Below are positions 43,585 through 56,300 of a stretch of DNA of 64,000 bases, in pieces. The stretch lies in NCBI GenBank assembly GCA_965178125.1, contig OZ237742.1:310001-374000 (forward strand), in the 5' to 3' direction. Position 1 is the first letter of the stretch, and every line of letters begins with the position of its first letter. The translations under genes and the position numbers were made by a program. The DNA is from Bilabrum cf. latius. Its lineage: Eukaryota. The notes below the pieces were generated by a model, which was not told the DNA's origin, made no database searches, and saw only the letters and a list, made by a program, of their open reading frames with translations.

Positions 43585-44373
43585 ATGGCAGCCCACGGAG
43601 ACAAGAAAGCAACTGACAAATTGAAAAAGAACTTGCAAGACCAGCTGTAGAGGCTTTTCTTGTAGCTGTAGGTGAGTTAAGATAATTCGGGGATTGCACT
43701 GCTCCAGCTGCAACTGCAGACACTGAGCGTTCTGTTTCGATGCTTGAAGTCCAAAATTGAGAGCAGGACTTAGAAGAGCTTCGAGAAGAGTTAGAAGATG
43801 ATGAGTATGACGAAATTCACAAGGACACAACTGAGCAAATGGAAGAGATTGAAACGTAGTTGAACAAGCTCATGGAGGGCAATCTTGGCCTCACAACTGA
43901 GCTTGGAGCCATGAAGATGGCAATTCACGCAGCAATCAAACGTGCATTTAAGACGCCAGCTGTAATTGCTCTGTTTGCCCAAAAGGAACCAAAGGCACTT
44001 CGAGAACGGTTGCGTCAGCTTGGGGAGGACAGAAAGCTCGGCCGCATTGGGGAGGAGGACTACAACCTGCAGTCATTGGAAATCGTGCTTGCCCTTAAGA
44101 AGCTCGGTGAAGAAGTGAGTGCTCTCCTCGCGTGTAGCTCGGCATTGCATGCAATCCAATAGCCCCAATGATACTTAGTGATCACCCCCCCCGGCAGCAC
44201 TGTCTCCGCCCTGCCATCCGCAGTTACTGCCGGAAGAGAAGGCCATTGTAGAAAGGTCATCCGAATCGATGCAGCAATTCCAGGCGGCCAGCGAGGAGCT
44301 CGGGGAGGAGGTGATTGGCATGGCAGGGGAGGGCGTCCGGGCAGCGGCTGCAGGTGGCAGCGACGGGCGATGA
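43585..44373 (+). CDS. LZIC: LZIC (leucine zipper and ICAT domain), 3 exons (43585-43671, 43767-44114, 44224-44373), 4 in-frame TAG
   Basis: The spliced product MAAHGDKKATDKLKKNLQDQL*RLFL*L*DLEELREELEDDEY...AIHAAIKRAFKTPAVIALFAQKEP...EIVLALKKLGEE is colinear with human LZIC as recalled ([23 protein letters not shown]...AIQAAISQAFKTPEVIRLF). Both introns start GTGAGT and end CAG. Ends in TGA. Confidence 0.93.
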
Positions 44374-44481
44374 GATGAGCGGTCGCATGTCCATGTCCTT
44401 TCCTTATAACGTGTGAATGTAGCTTAAATGCAAACCTGCGATTATTTTCCCCGCCGTGCAACGCAGTGCATTGCACTCCAG

Positions 44482-46226
44482 TCATCGGTCCCCATCGCCG
44501 CTAGCCCCCGCCGTGGCCAGCTGCTTGGCTAGCCGCGCAGCCACGGCAGCACCCGCGGACCTGTCTGGCCCCCTGGCCTCGGCGTCCTCCTCGTCTGCCG
44601 GCAGCTCCCTCACCACCATCTTAGCCCCAGTGGCCTGCGCCTCCTCCCTAGCAGCTGCATCGGCGGCATCGCTCTCTACATCGGCTGCCCCGCTGCCACT
44701 GCTGCCCTCTCCCGCCCCCGGTGCACCCCCCGCCCCACCACTTGCCGCCCCCGCGCTGGAAAGCAGCGGCGGCTGCAGCACGGGCGCCACGCTGCCGGTG
44801 GCCATAGCCCTCGCCACCTCTGGATCCCTGTCAGGCTCCCCTCCGCCCACTGCCTTCCCCTCCATCTTCCACCTCCTCAGCTCGGCCGTGCATGCCTCTA
44901 TCCTCTCCCCGTGGATCGCGAAGGTCTGAGAGACCAGCAGGGGCAGGATCAAAGAGGCGTCTGCGTACACCTTGACTGGGCGCGCGTCCAGCCGGATCTT
45001 GCCCCACGAGATGGCTTCATCCGGCCGAGCTCCCGAGTCGCTGCCGTCGAACTCCTGGCCGGTGTTGACGAACACGCTAAAGTCGGCGCCGTTGCGCATG
45101 AGGTTCGCGTTGCAGGTGTGGTGCTTGACCAGGCCGCCGCCCAGGATGATCATGCCGGACTTGCGGGCCGTCATGGCCATGTGGTTCAGCTGGAAGATGT
45201 CCCTGGCGATGTCCAGGTTAAACCCGGGGCGCTTGTACTGGTGGAAGAAGAGCATGTCGCCCACCGAGCCGTCAGTGATGGCTGGGCAGAAGACAGGGAT
45301 GTCGTTCTTGTAGCACCAGTACCACACGCTCTCGGGGTTGTTCATCTCCTTTCCCAGCCTGTGAATCATCTTGGAAGGCGTCCACACGAGCTGCTCCTTG
45401 CTTGGGTCCTTGCGCCAAGCCTCGGTGGATGCGTCCTGCTCGTCGTGCATGGTCTGCAGGATGGGGCTGATCCACTCCTCGAAGTCCGTGTAAGACAGGT
45501 TGGGCACGATGAGGTTGCCGATGCGGTTGAAGCCCTTCCGCCGTAGGCTCTTCCCGGGGAGGGAGAAGGACCCGAGGTAGTGCGGCTTGATGCACTTCAT
45601 GAAATCCTCCTCGATCCCGCCCGCAGTGGTCACCACGCAATCCACCATCCGGTGCTGCACCAGGAAGCGGATCACCTCCCTAGATCCGCAAGAAATCATG
45701 TTGGAAGTGAACGACAGGAAGATGGTGCACTTGGTCTTGGCCCGCTCCTCGTCCGACACGCCCTCGTCGTTCTGGTCGCGCGGCTCGTCGGACAGCCTCC
45801 ACCGAATCATCCTGTTCACCTCCTCTATAGCCTGCCCAAGGTGCGTAGCCTGGAATCCAGTATACTTAAGCGCCTACAAGAGGCGGTCTAGCCTCCCCGG
45901 TCCCGCTTTCGGATCTTCGTCGTCAAAATCAAACCTTCGAGGAACGGGCAAGGGAACGGTGGCATGCAGGCACCACGTCGACGGAAAAGAGGTGATTGCA
46001 CAATTATTGCAAGCATAATATATACAATAAGAAAGTTATTGCAAAGGACCTGATAAATTTGAACTACATTGCCTCCTACTACCGGCGAACAACCTCACCC
46101 TTTCACAGTCAATGAGCCCTCTGGCATTCTTTCGCTCTTAAGCAGCACGGCCTGTTCCGCTAGTGTGGGCTGTGCCCCTTCATCTTTGTTAGAATCTGCA
46201 CCAGCAGCAGGTGAAACTCCCGCCAT
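44482..46226 (-). CDS. DHPS: Deoxyhypusine synthase, 2 exons (46226-46099, 45934-44482), 1 in-frame TAG
   Basis: AVLLKSE..VKG|FDF...RLL[TAG][72 protein letters not shown] (catalytic Lys present). TAG at 45876-45874. Ends in TGA. Confidence 0.96.
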
Positions 46227-46344
46227 GCTCCGCGGTACCAGGAAATAAGTGATATGCGCTCCAAAGAAAAAAACTCCGGATTGTGTGCTGCAATGCAGTA
46301 GATTTGATCTCCTGCTGCAGCATGCATGCTGCATGCAGCACCCA

Positions 46345-49300
46345 TCACCCGAGGCTGATGTCCACGCTGAAGAGCAGCTTGAGCACCACGGTGAGCGCCC
46401 CAATGAGAAGGATGGACACCTCCTTCACGGTCTCCATGGAGATCTCCACGCCCAGCAGCCGCAGCGAGGGCTGGGTCCCATTCAGGTACGCGCCCAGGAG
46501 CGTCTTCTCTCCCGTGGTCGTCTTCCCGAAGGCGGGGCTGCTCACCACGGCCATGGCAGAGTCTCGCTGGAACACGTGGGACCGCTCGGCGATCAGAGCC
46601 ACGCAGTACAGCGGCAGCATCATCCACAGGCACAGCGCCGCAAGCAGCACGAAGTGCGACCCCCAGGCGCCCGTGGCTCCTGTGCCCCCCGGCCCCTTCT
46701 TGGCCTCATCTGTCTGACTCACCGTGTCAATGAGCACGCACAGCAGCAGCACGAAGCTCAGGACCACAGATGTACCGACGCTGCTCCCGTTCGCCTCGCT
46801 CATCCGGTAGATGAAGTGGGCAGCGGACTGGTACGCGGACAGCAGCGCCTCAGCTGCGTCTCCACTAGATAGAAGAGAACTGTGTTGAGTGGCTCGGTGA
46901 GCCGTCGCCAGCATTTCCTGGATCTCAGAGGCCTCAGCCTCGTCGATTTGTTCCCTGAATGAGCCTCCGGAGGAGGCGGTGGCGATCGACAGCCTGTCAT
47001 CACCATCTGCACCGGGACCTTCGCTGCCTGTTGCCGAGCCTGACCCGACACTGCCAGCGACCGGGCGTCCGTCTTGCCCTCCTTCCTCTCTCTCTTCATC
47101 CTCCCGGTGCGCACTGTGCTCACGATTGTGGTGGTGGTGGTGGCGGTGAGCTGCGATCGCCTCTAGCGCGGCTTCGAACGAGTCCTCCCCCCGGACCCTT
47201 GCGAATGCCTCTGCCGCTTCCATTGCCTCATCTTCGGCCGATGCTGCCGTATGCGCGTCTACCATCTCAAAGGTGAGCTGGTCCAGCTGTAGCCTGGCTT
47301 CAGAGCACAGCAGAGCAAACGCATACAGGCCGATGCAGCCGGCGATGGAGACTAGAACCTGGGCCCCAACGAGTGCGATGCCGATGGTCAGGCGTACCCA
47401 TTGTGGCCACGGCAACAAGCCAATCGACCGCACTGGGAGCAGCCCGGCCTCTGCCCCCTTGGCACGCACCATGGGAGGAAGCCCGCCTGGCAGCAACGGG
47501 CCAACGGCAGCCTCCAGCTGAAAGATCGCGCATCCCAGCCACGCGAACACGATGGCCAGCCCAAACGCGCTCGTCACCACCACATGCGCCAGCGCTGCAG
47601 AGAACGACTGTGCCTTGAGCTGGTGAGTGCACGCAGGGCTCAGCACGGCCTCCATCTGCTCCTGCTCCTCGCTGTCCTCCATCGGTGCAGCGAGTCTCTC
47701 GCTGCCGCCCTCCGTGGGTTCTCCCATCTGTGCAGGCTGAGAGCCATCCGCGCGGAGGTCCCCGCTCCCAGAGAAACTAGTGGCACTGGACTCTGCCGTG
47801 GCCCCAGATACGTACCGGTCGATACTTCCGCCAGCTTCCGCGGGGTGTCTCGCCCCTGGGTACTCAATGCTGGAGTGTCTCGATATGGGCCCTGTGGACT
47901 CACTTCCGGCCAGCAGGGGCTGGTTGGGGCCAGAAAGCAGCTCCTACCCTGCGCTGCCGCTGTGAGGCCGCAGTTGTCCAGTAACAGATCGCCCAATCGA
48001 GGCAGCATTCTCGTTCACTGCCCCACCGCTTGTGCGGCGGCCAGCCATCGCTCCGGGGGCAGCAACCTGTTTCTTCTTTCGCCGCCTGCCGTGATGCTTG
48101 TGTGCCTTCTTTCTCGCACCCCACCCCATCTTTTCGGCTTCATGATGCGCATGTGCGTTCTTCTTTGAAACTCCACGCAGAGCTTCTGATTTCCCCAGTG
48201 CCGAAGACTTGTGGTGCTGCGCTGCGCTCAATGGGACGTGCAGGTCACCCGCAGAGGAGGTGGCACCCTCGTGGCCGACGTGCATCTCGTGGCCGTTGTC
48301 GTACTCCCTGCTACCAAGTGGGGAGAAAATTCCATCTCCGCTCCCAGACCGTGGCCTGGCTGACGGAACATGCCGCAGGCCGGAAGCACGAGCTCTGGAC
48401 CCGGCAGCTCCGCTATCATGATGAAGGTCGTGCTTGGACTCCTCCTGGTGAGTCCATGCAGAAGGGGGCTCATATCCATCATTCAGCCCTAATCGGTCTG
48501 CATGCTTCTGCTTGGCGAGAAGTAGGTCCTCAGACAGCAGCGGGGTGCCTGCGTCACCCAGATCTCCAGCCCCTCCGTCACCGTCCTCCCACACCGCAGC
48601 ACCGTCGCCACCTTCACTGCCCTCAGAAAAGCCACCCTGGGCTTCCTCGTCCTCAAACTCATCTTCCAGCTCGACCACTGCCTTGGTCAGCCTCGCTCTA
48701 AACCTCTTTCCCAAAGCGAACTCGGCCCGAGCACCGACCATGCTATGCCAGGGCAGCAGGATGGCGAGCTGCAGCATCACGGATTGCACCGCCGCGAACC
48801 AAGCAGAGTCGGCCGCTTTGCTCGAGCCACCGTCCTCCCCTTCATTCCATTCAAACCCATCCAATGAATCAGGGTCGTGACTATCGCTATACTCGCTGTA
48901 GCCAAACCTGATCTGGTCCCAGTCGGTGACATCGCCTCTGTCCGATGCCCTGTGGGTCGCCACCGTGGCAAAGTATCGAGCCAGCGGCGGAAGTGCCATC
49001 CACACGACGATGAGCACAATGGCTAGCAGGTAAATCACAAACGCCACTCTGGGCATCCCGGATGCCCGCTCCCCCCACCAGGGCAGGATGCCGACGAGAC
49101 GCATCAGTGTCTCGCTCCACACCAGAGTAGTCCCACTGGTGCAGCATGCACCCTGTGGCTCCGCCGCGCCTCCTGCTTCCGATGAGCCCTCTTGTCCCAA
49201 GACACCCTGATCGTGCTGCGTCTCGTTGCCGCGCAGACCCTTAAGCAGAGCTTCGTGCTCTTCCCACCCCGGTGCTTGCGGACCAGTCTTGTGCAAAGGA

Positions 49301-50391
49301 TCAGCGGTACCAGGCAATCCTCCTGCCTCCATGCTCATCTGGGCGGCTCCCGCTCGGCTGGGTGCACGGTGCAGCGCCTTGCTGCCGGTGTAGCCATCCC
49401 TGGGCAACGTACTGTCGCGGGCGGTTCCTCTTGTGCGGCGCCATGACGCGTGTCGGCTGAGTGTGCGGCGCCCGTCTGCATTGTGACCCGGGTCATTCAG
49501 GCTGAGGAGACCACCGTCACCGAACATGGCGCCCCCGGTGCTGGTGGAGGAGAAGAGCGCGGCACCGCCGAGCTGAGCCTTGATTGTGTTCCCTAGATTG
49601 CGACGGGTCCGGGCCGGTGACTAGGAGCCACGCTGTAGTTGTGGACGACTCGGAGGTCTCCCTAGGCCAGCGCCGCTGCGTCTGCTGCTGCTGTCGGCGG
49701 TAGCTTGAGGTCGATCCGACCTGATCGGGCTGTGCGCCCCGAGGTGCTCTTCACTGCCACCACTGGCACCACTGTGATCAGCAGCCTGAGCAGCAACAGG
49801 TGTCTGCGACGCTGCGCTACTGGAGCCATCGGCATGGCTGACACCGGTCTAAACTCTCGTGCTTTGGTGGCTACCCAGACTCGCAGACGCGGGGCCAATC
49901 GCGTCAGAGGTACCATCGTCCTCTGAGCCCTCGCGTGAATCCTCCGAGATGACTGGGATGGACGGAGCGCCGGCGTGTCTCCTCCTCGCTCGGTTAGCAA
50001 CGAGGATGCGGTGGGCGCTTCGGCGATGCCTTGGGATGCCTCCGTGGGGCGTTTGCTACGTATTTATCTGGCTGAATGGCTTCTTGCTTTCCGCAGGCGC
50101 GCTCAATTGCCGTTGATGGCCGCTTCGTCGTGCTTCACCAACACCACCCACATCCATGCCAATCGGTACAGCCACCCCTGCGCCAGCACCTGCGCCCCTC
50201 TATTGCTTCCGTCGAGCATCAATTTCTTCGAGAACTCCTTGGGCGTACGCCTTCGGAGCGGCTCCTCCGGATGGCTTTCGAGCGTGTCGGACATTCGACC
50301 TCGTGGGCGGAAGCAGGCCGTAAAGTACGCTTCGGCGAGAGAAAGGCATGTCGTCCTCGTTGTCAGTCTCATGCACTTCGTCATCGTGCAT
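46345..50391 (-). CDS. Multi-pass membrane protein (~1,348 aa), candidate gustatory-receptor-like / DUF3537-like 7TM ion channel
   Basis: ORFs 50200-50448, 47944-49527 and 46345-47727 share one frame, joined through TAG only. About 7 hydrophobic segments separated by long low-complexity loops. LMRLVGILPW precedes TM1; C-terminus is GAYLNGTQPSLRLLGVEISMETVKEVSILLIGALTVVLKLL. Ends in TGA. Confidence 0.65.
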
Positions 50392-50670
50392 GGTACCGCG
50401 AGACTTGCGGCTGTAGAATTTTGGTTGGTGTCGAAGCACATCCCGCACTTGCTGCGGTCGCAGTGTTCTTGACTATAATCCTTTCGTTCGTCTCCTATCT
50501 GACAGCCTTGAGTTCTACAGCTAGAACTGGAATGCTAGTCCCCTGTCACCACGCCGGGTTGCCATGACTAGGCCAAAATAGAGTACTTCTGAACCTGCAA
50601 CACCTCGAGCCTCTGATGAGATTCGGATCTGTAATTCTTCTCACATTTCAGCTCACTCGAATCGGTTCGC

Positions 50671-53085
50671 ATGAACCTACTGCTACCAATGCATATTGTA
50701 TTGAGTGCTTTATTTGTGGTAGCGGGTTCAGCGCTGGCAGCAGCCGAGTACTCGGCCCCTGCGATCCCGCTAGCTGCAAGATCCCCTTTCTTCCAAGTGT
50801 GGACGTTTGGGCGCAAAACCCCTTCTGAAATCCAAAAGCATTGGTCATTCAATCCCGGAAATGGCTTTTTGGCCCGAACAGTTGCAATGGCCAGGGTGGG
50901 CGAACAGACCTTCAATTTAATTGCAGATCCAGTGGGAGGTTTGGAGGATGCGCAGCAGTCGGGTGTGGTTGTTGGCGCGACACGAACGGAACTGAAGTAC
51001 GCCCTTGGATCTACAGGCATTCAGATCGTGGCTACATTCACCTCGCCACTTATTCCTGACGACATGTAGGCCTTCGCAGATCCAGTCGTGTACGTCAATT
51101 TCTAGGCCACCAGCAACGGCCACGAGCCGTACACAGTTGATGTGCTGTTTGGCGTCACGGGAGAACTTCTTGTGTCTTAGCCCTCGCCAGAGTCCGGGGT
51201 ATCTCCCGGGCCTCACGCGTCCGGTGCGGAGAGTTCATGGTGCAACGACACGGACTGGGACGTCAGCTTCATGGAGTCTAAGGTGCCCTCAGCAGCCTGG
51301 ACCTCTCTGTCTACTACTAGCAGTAAGTCGGGGACCTCTGCGGCACAAATCAATGGATCAGCAACTCTGAGGGCCGCTCGCATAGGCAAGGCCCGGCAGC
51401 AGCCCCTCTGCAATTACGGAGACATGTACAAGGGCAACTGGGGCTGGCAGTACCTGGTGCCCGTCCCAAGGAGCCTGGGAGGCGGCACCGACGACGTGAC
51501 CATATGCACCGGGTGCGGGCTCAGGACAGCGGCGCGTGCCTTCGCGGCCACTGGAAACGCCGGCAACTCCGTGGACGCGGAGAACCCCAGGCCCTTCAAC
51601 GAAGGCCTGGACCGGGAGCCCGCCGTGATGCTGTCTGCCAGGCTAGGCATGGTGGCGCCCGGAGCTCCCCCGTCGACGTTCGCTCTAGCCTGGGCTGTGG
51701 ACGAGCTCGAGAGCATCCGCTTCTTCAATCGGACCCTGGTTCCGCTGTGGCGCCGCGCAATGCCCCCGAAGGACTACTACTCCGTGCCGCAACAGATGCT
51801 TGCACGCGCGGCATCTCGATTCCAGGAGCTGGACGAGCTGACCAAGAGCTGGGATGCAGCCGTATTGGCCAATGCCACGGCGGTCGGGGGTCCCAGTCTC
51901 GGGTTCATGGCATCCATGGCGTACCGACAGGCACTGGGAGCAGGCGCGATCACTTGGGAGCAGTCGACCAGCACGCTGCGAGCGTTCGTGAAGGAGCAGT
52001 CCACCAACGGTGACCTCTCCACCCAGGACATCATCTGGCCGCAGATGCCTATTTTACTGCTGTACGCCCCGTGGTTGCTCCTGCTGGAAGAGGTCGGACA
52101 CCTGGAGCTTGCAGACAACAGGACCAACGTGCAATACCCACTCGAGTGGACGCCCCATCAGTTAGGCAGATGGCCGATCGCGCAGCAGCAGGAGCAGGAG
52201 TACATGCCGGTCGAGACCACGGCCGACTTCATCTTCTCGATGGTAGAGGCAGAGCGCCGATCTCCGGGGCTCATTACCGAGTACCTCACGTAGCACAAGT
52301 ACTGGGATGCGATCGGGCGGTTCGCCAACTTCTTGGCTGCGTCCCTCCCCGACCCGCCCGTTCAGAAGTACACGAACGATTTCAGGGGGAACTAGGCGGG
52401 GTGGACCAACCTCGCCGTGAAAGGGACCATTGGACTGTCTGCATATGCCTGGCTAATCCGCCGGGCTCCTGCCGCGGCCCGCGCCTCTTTGCCTGACCCA
52501 GACAAGCTGGCCGCTGCAGCAAAGGCATCCAGCGAATTCTTCAACGACAAGGCGTGGGTTGGCCCGGACCACTTCCGCACATGCTACGACTGCGAACAGT
52601 ACAATGGCAGCGACACGTTTGACTACAAGTACAACCTCATGGGGCGCGTGCTCCTCGACGGGGAGCCGACGGAGGGCCTCGCCTTCGACACCGCGAAGCT
52701 TGATGCCGACCTCAAGTTCTACCAGGGCAAGATGCAGCGCTTTGGCGTGCCGTTTGCGAGTAACGATAACGTGACGGGTGTGCCAACGTGGCAGATGATG
52801 TTTGGGGTGTCCACAATGAACGCGACGACTGGTGAGGTTGGCCCCTTCTTTCAGGCTCTCCTCAAAGCTGGCGCCAGGGCATATTCGAACGACTCGGTGT
52901 CACCGGTTCCCATGAGCGACATGTTCGACTGTGTAACGCTGGCAAATAAGGGCCACAACGGGTATGGGATGAGGGCACGGCCCACGGTGGGCACTGTGTT
53001 CCTACCGATCTACGTGAGCATGCGTGCCAAGGAGCAACTCTGGCCAGTGCCCTAGCCTGAACTTCCCACCCCGGATACCTATTGA
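50671..53085 (+). CDS. Secreted glutaminase GtaA-like protein (DUF5127/DUF4965/DUF1793-type), ~804 aa, 6 in-frame TAG
   Basis: Signal peptide; PAIPLAARSPF, TFTSPLIPDDM, FVKEQSTNGDLSTQDIIWP, YMPVE, NDFRGN*AGWTNLAVKG, ARPTVG. TAG at 51067, 51103, 51178, 52291, 52393 and 53053; TGA at 53083-53085. Confidence 0.82.
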
Positions 53086-53379
53086 GCAGTCAGACACACA
53101 TCTGGCGGGCTGCTTGCTACATGTCATTTTTGCTACAGGCAACAAGTGGGGCGGAGCTGTCGAATTGGAACGGGCGACAGCTGCATCGTGCACGCTGCTC
53201 AGGTAAACCTACGCCTATCCTAGGATCAATGTGTTGAGAAATTCGTTCGGATTGATCGTGCTGTGTACTTCCAAGATAGTGACAGGTTGATTTGTAAGAT
53301 TCTATATCGATAAGACACATAATAAACAAGCAGCTATGCTAGACTAGTAAGTCACTCCTCCTGGCAACTCAGCAGTGAG

Positions 53380-56300
53380 TCAGCACTGCTGCGCCCCCTT
53401 CGAGTCCGGTGGCAGGATTGCTGGCATAGTATCTCGCGTTGCAGCAGGACGCTCAGTGCTCGTTACAGAGCGAGACGACTAATCCACGTGCGTGTTGTTG
53501 TTCTGCAGCAACCCGCCTCTCGACTTGTTTGCAGCAAGCGACCTACTAGACCCAGGCCTGAGCCGTCCTGGACTCGCCCTCTGCCTGCCCCACATGCATT
53601 CGCAACAGGAATCCATGCAAACATCGCAGCTACCCCGCTGGCTATTGCCTATTAAATGTCTCCTTGAGGCAGCACTAGCAAGGTGTAGCCGTCTACGGCC
53701 CAGGTGCAGCTCGTAGCAGCACACCGACTCGCACTCTAGTGCGCAACCCGCTCGTCCAATCTTGATGCACTTGCAGCAGAACGCGTCCGACAACCAGCGA
53801 AGCGTCCACCCGAGGCAGCACGACCAGCCGCACGAGAACTTTTCCTTCTACTGCTCGATCCATCCATCGCTACGTGCATCAGATGAGCTATTCTATGTGC
53901 CGTCTTCAGACGAATCTGCATCGCTGCTTTCTACCTCACCGAGGACGTGCGCGAGCTGGCCCTGATACTCTTTCGGCAAAGCAGCGTATGATCCAACGGC
54001 AAGACAAATGATAAAGAAGAATACATTGAGTCCAAGGACGACGTCTCCGATGACGCGACGAACTCTTTGCCCCCCCCCGTGCTCGCTGAGTGCCGCCTGC
54101 TGGCCCTCCGAGAAGGACTCCTGGAAGTCGCTGGGAACAGCGATGATCGGCAGCAGGGTCAGCATCAGGGCTACAGCGGACAGCTGCTCCAGCCTGTTGG
54201 CCAGGAGGGACCGCAGGGGCTGAAACACAGCCACAGAGTTTAGATGGACCACCACGAGGACGAGAGCCACGGCCACCTGCGCCGAGACGCCGACTTGCTG
54301 CAGAGAGGCCATAGACACCGCCAGAAAACCGCGTCGGAGCATATTTATAGATTCCCAATAAGGTGCACCTTGTCGATAGCTGGACAGCAGGTAGCTCAAC
54401 CGGTAGTTCTCTGTCCGGGACCGCTTGTCCTGGGAGCACGTGTAGTACATGGCGAGCATGGGGCCTCCGAGCGAGAGGAAGACGAGGATAGGGACGACGA
54501 TGCCGAACCTTGAAGCGGAGGTCGTCTCGCAGTTCACGTCGAGGTCCGCGCTGAGCCTGGACTAGAATGCAGAATCGTACCATCCCGCACCGGCATCGGC
54601 TGCGCTGTCCGCTTGAGCCGTCTCGTGGCCGGGGGGAAATCTGATGGCCAGACTAGCACCGGTTGCGTTGCTCGCCAGGGATGCCCAGTACAGTGGGGGA
54701 GCCTCGTCAAGAGGAACAGCCGCACTGCTTTCAAAGTCAGGCCCTACCATGGTGCAAGTTAGTAAAGCCACCGCTCTCGACGTGATAAATGCGTGGAGGG
54801 TCACCCCGACCACGGAGATCGCAAGGAGCACACGGTCTGCGTAAGACGGCTCAAACGCGGTTGGCGTGATGATTCGCCTGCGCTAACCTCTGCTTTTGTT
54901 TTTTCGCATGCGCACTACAGCCCGCAGCACAGTAACAGAGCCGCCTACGTGCGAAGATGAACGAGAGCTCTCCACCTGGGGAGCCCTAGCTTGCGGTCGA
55001 GGCGGCCGCGTCGGCTAGCTACGTGCTAGCGAAGGCAAGCTGGAATTCGATGCCCCCCACAAAGGGTTATTTGTCGAGTTCCCAATGCCATTCATGCCAG
55101 CCCCTATCGCCCTCATGCGCCGCAGATCGGAGGTCTGCACACGAAGAGGACCTGGTGTGAACCCAACGCTTCGTTGGGACCCAGCAGCAGACATAGAGCT
55201 GGGCATCTGTACGGTTCCCAGGGACGTCAGGCTCCTTCCACTAGTCATCATAGAGGGCGTGTGCGATGATTCTTGGCTCACGGTGTCGTGCATGCCGGCG
55301 TCCTCCTCGTGCTCAACGATCAGCGATCGGCCGCTCTCGAGCTGTGCTGACATCGTCCTTATAGCTGCATGTACGTCTACCCTCGGACGGTTGATCCGGC
55401 TACTCCGGCTGCCTCGGCTTGAGGTACGAGATGCTCGAGAGCCTACAGACATATTGCTGCCTTGTATGTGGCTACTGCTGCTGCTTCCAGCTTTGCTGTG
55501 GGCAGAAGACTGCTCGTTGGGGGGCGGTGCGGGGCTCTCCAGAGTTCCGGAGAATGGGAACCGAGCAGGGTTCTCCTCGTTTGTGCCCCCTTCATCAGTC
55601 AGATCAATGGATCTGTTCGATGCTCCAATCTGCAGATCCCGTCCTCGAACAGTCCAGCGACTCTGCTGCCCTGCCGACGGAATCGGGCTCGCACTGCCCG
55701 TGCTACGGTAAGTGCTTGAGTTGAGCACGTTGCTGGGTGCACCAAATTGATTCTGATCCCCATCGCTTGAATTACAGTCTTCATCGGTTTCAAGAATTGG
55801 TACGGCTGAACCGCTCAGTTTAGTGTCGGAGATCTCGAGAGGCTTCGCGATCCTCGGTGACGTGGTTAACATCTCCAGAGCTCCGGATTCTTGTCTTGAG
55901 TGCGTGTGGCGAGCCACGGCTAGTGACCGCTGCCTATGGACAGGCCTACGAGGAGCCTCCGTTTTCGTAGATCTCGCTGTCAGAGATCGTACAGAGTGCT
56001 CGGAAGGCACGTCGTCTCTCGCGACGGCAGCATCACTGCGAACCATCGACAGCACCCAGATGGGAATCGTTGCGCAAACGCCGAAGCCAAACAGCACCAG
56101 TACAACAGGCAGAGTAAGAGACATCATGACACGCAGAAACGCGGGTGACGACTGAAGAGGGATGCCGTCTACACCATACTCGAGAGAATCGCGATCGATT
56201 TCAGGTAGTACGGAACAGTCAGGTGACAGCACATCGATTCCGCCGGTCGTGCCTGCATCTGACACCGCAAAGAGTCGTAAAAAACCCTCAGACCACTAGG

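Noticed and set aside
43648-43671. Pyrrolysine or programmed leaky readthrough
   Set aside because: TAGs are too numerous (up to ~25 per gene, three within 8 codons here), have no shared downstream context and fall on Gln or polar columns. No pyl genes were seen.
52393-52395. UAG = Leu
   Set aside because: Only one divergent site favours it; the LZIC, IPT, DHS and EGF sites favour Gln or polar residues. Not formally excluded without a genome-wide tally.
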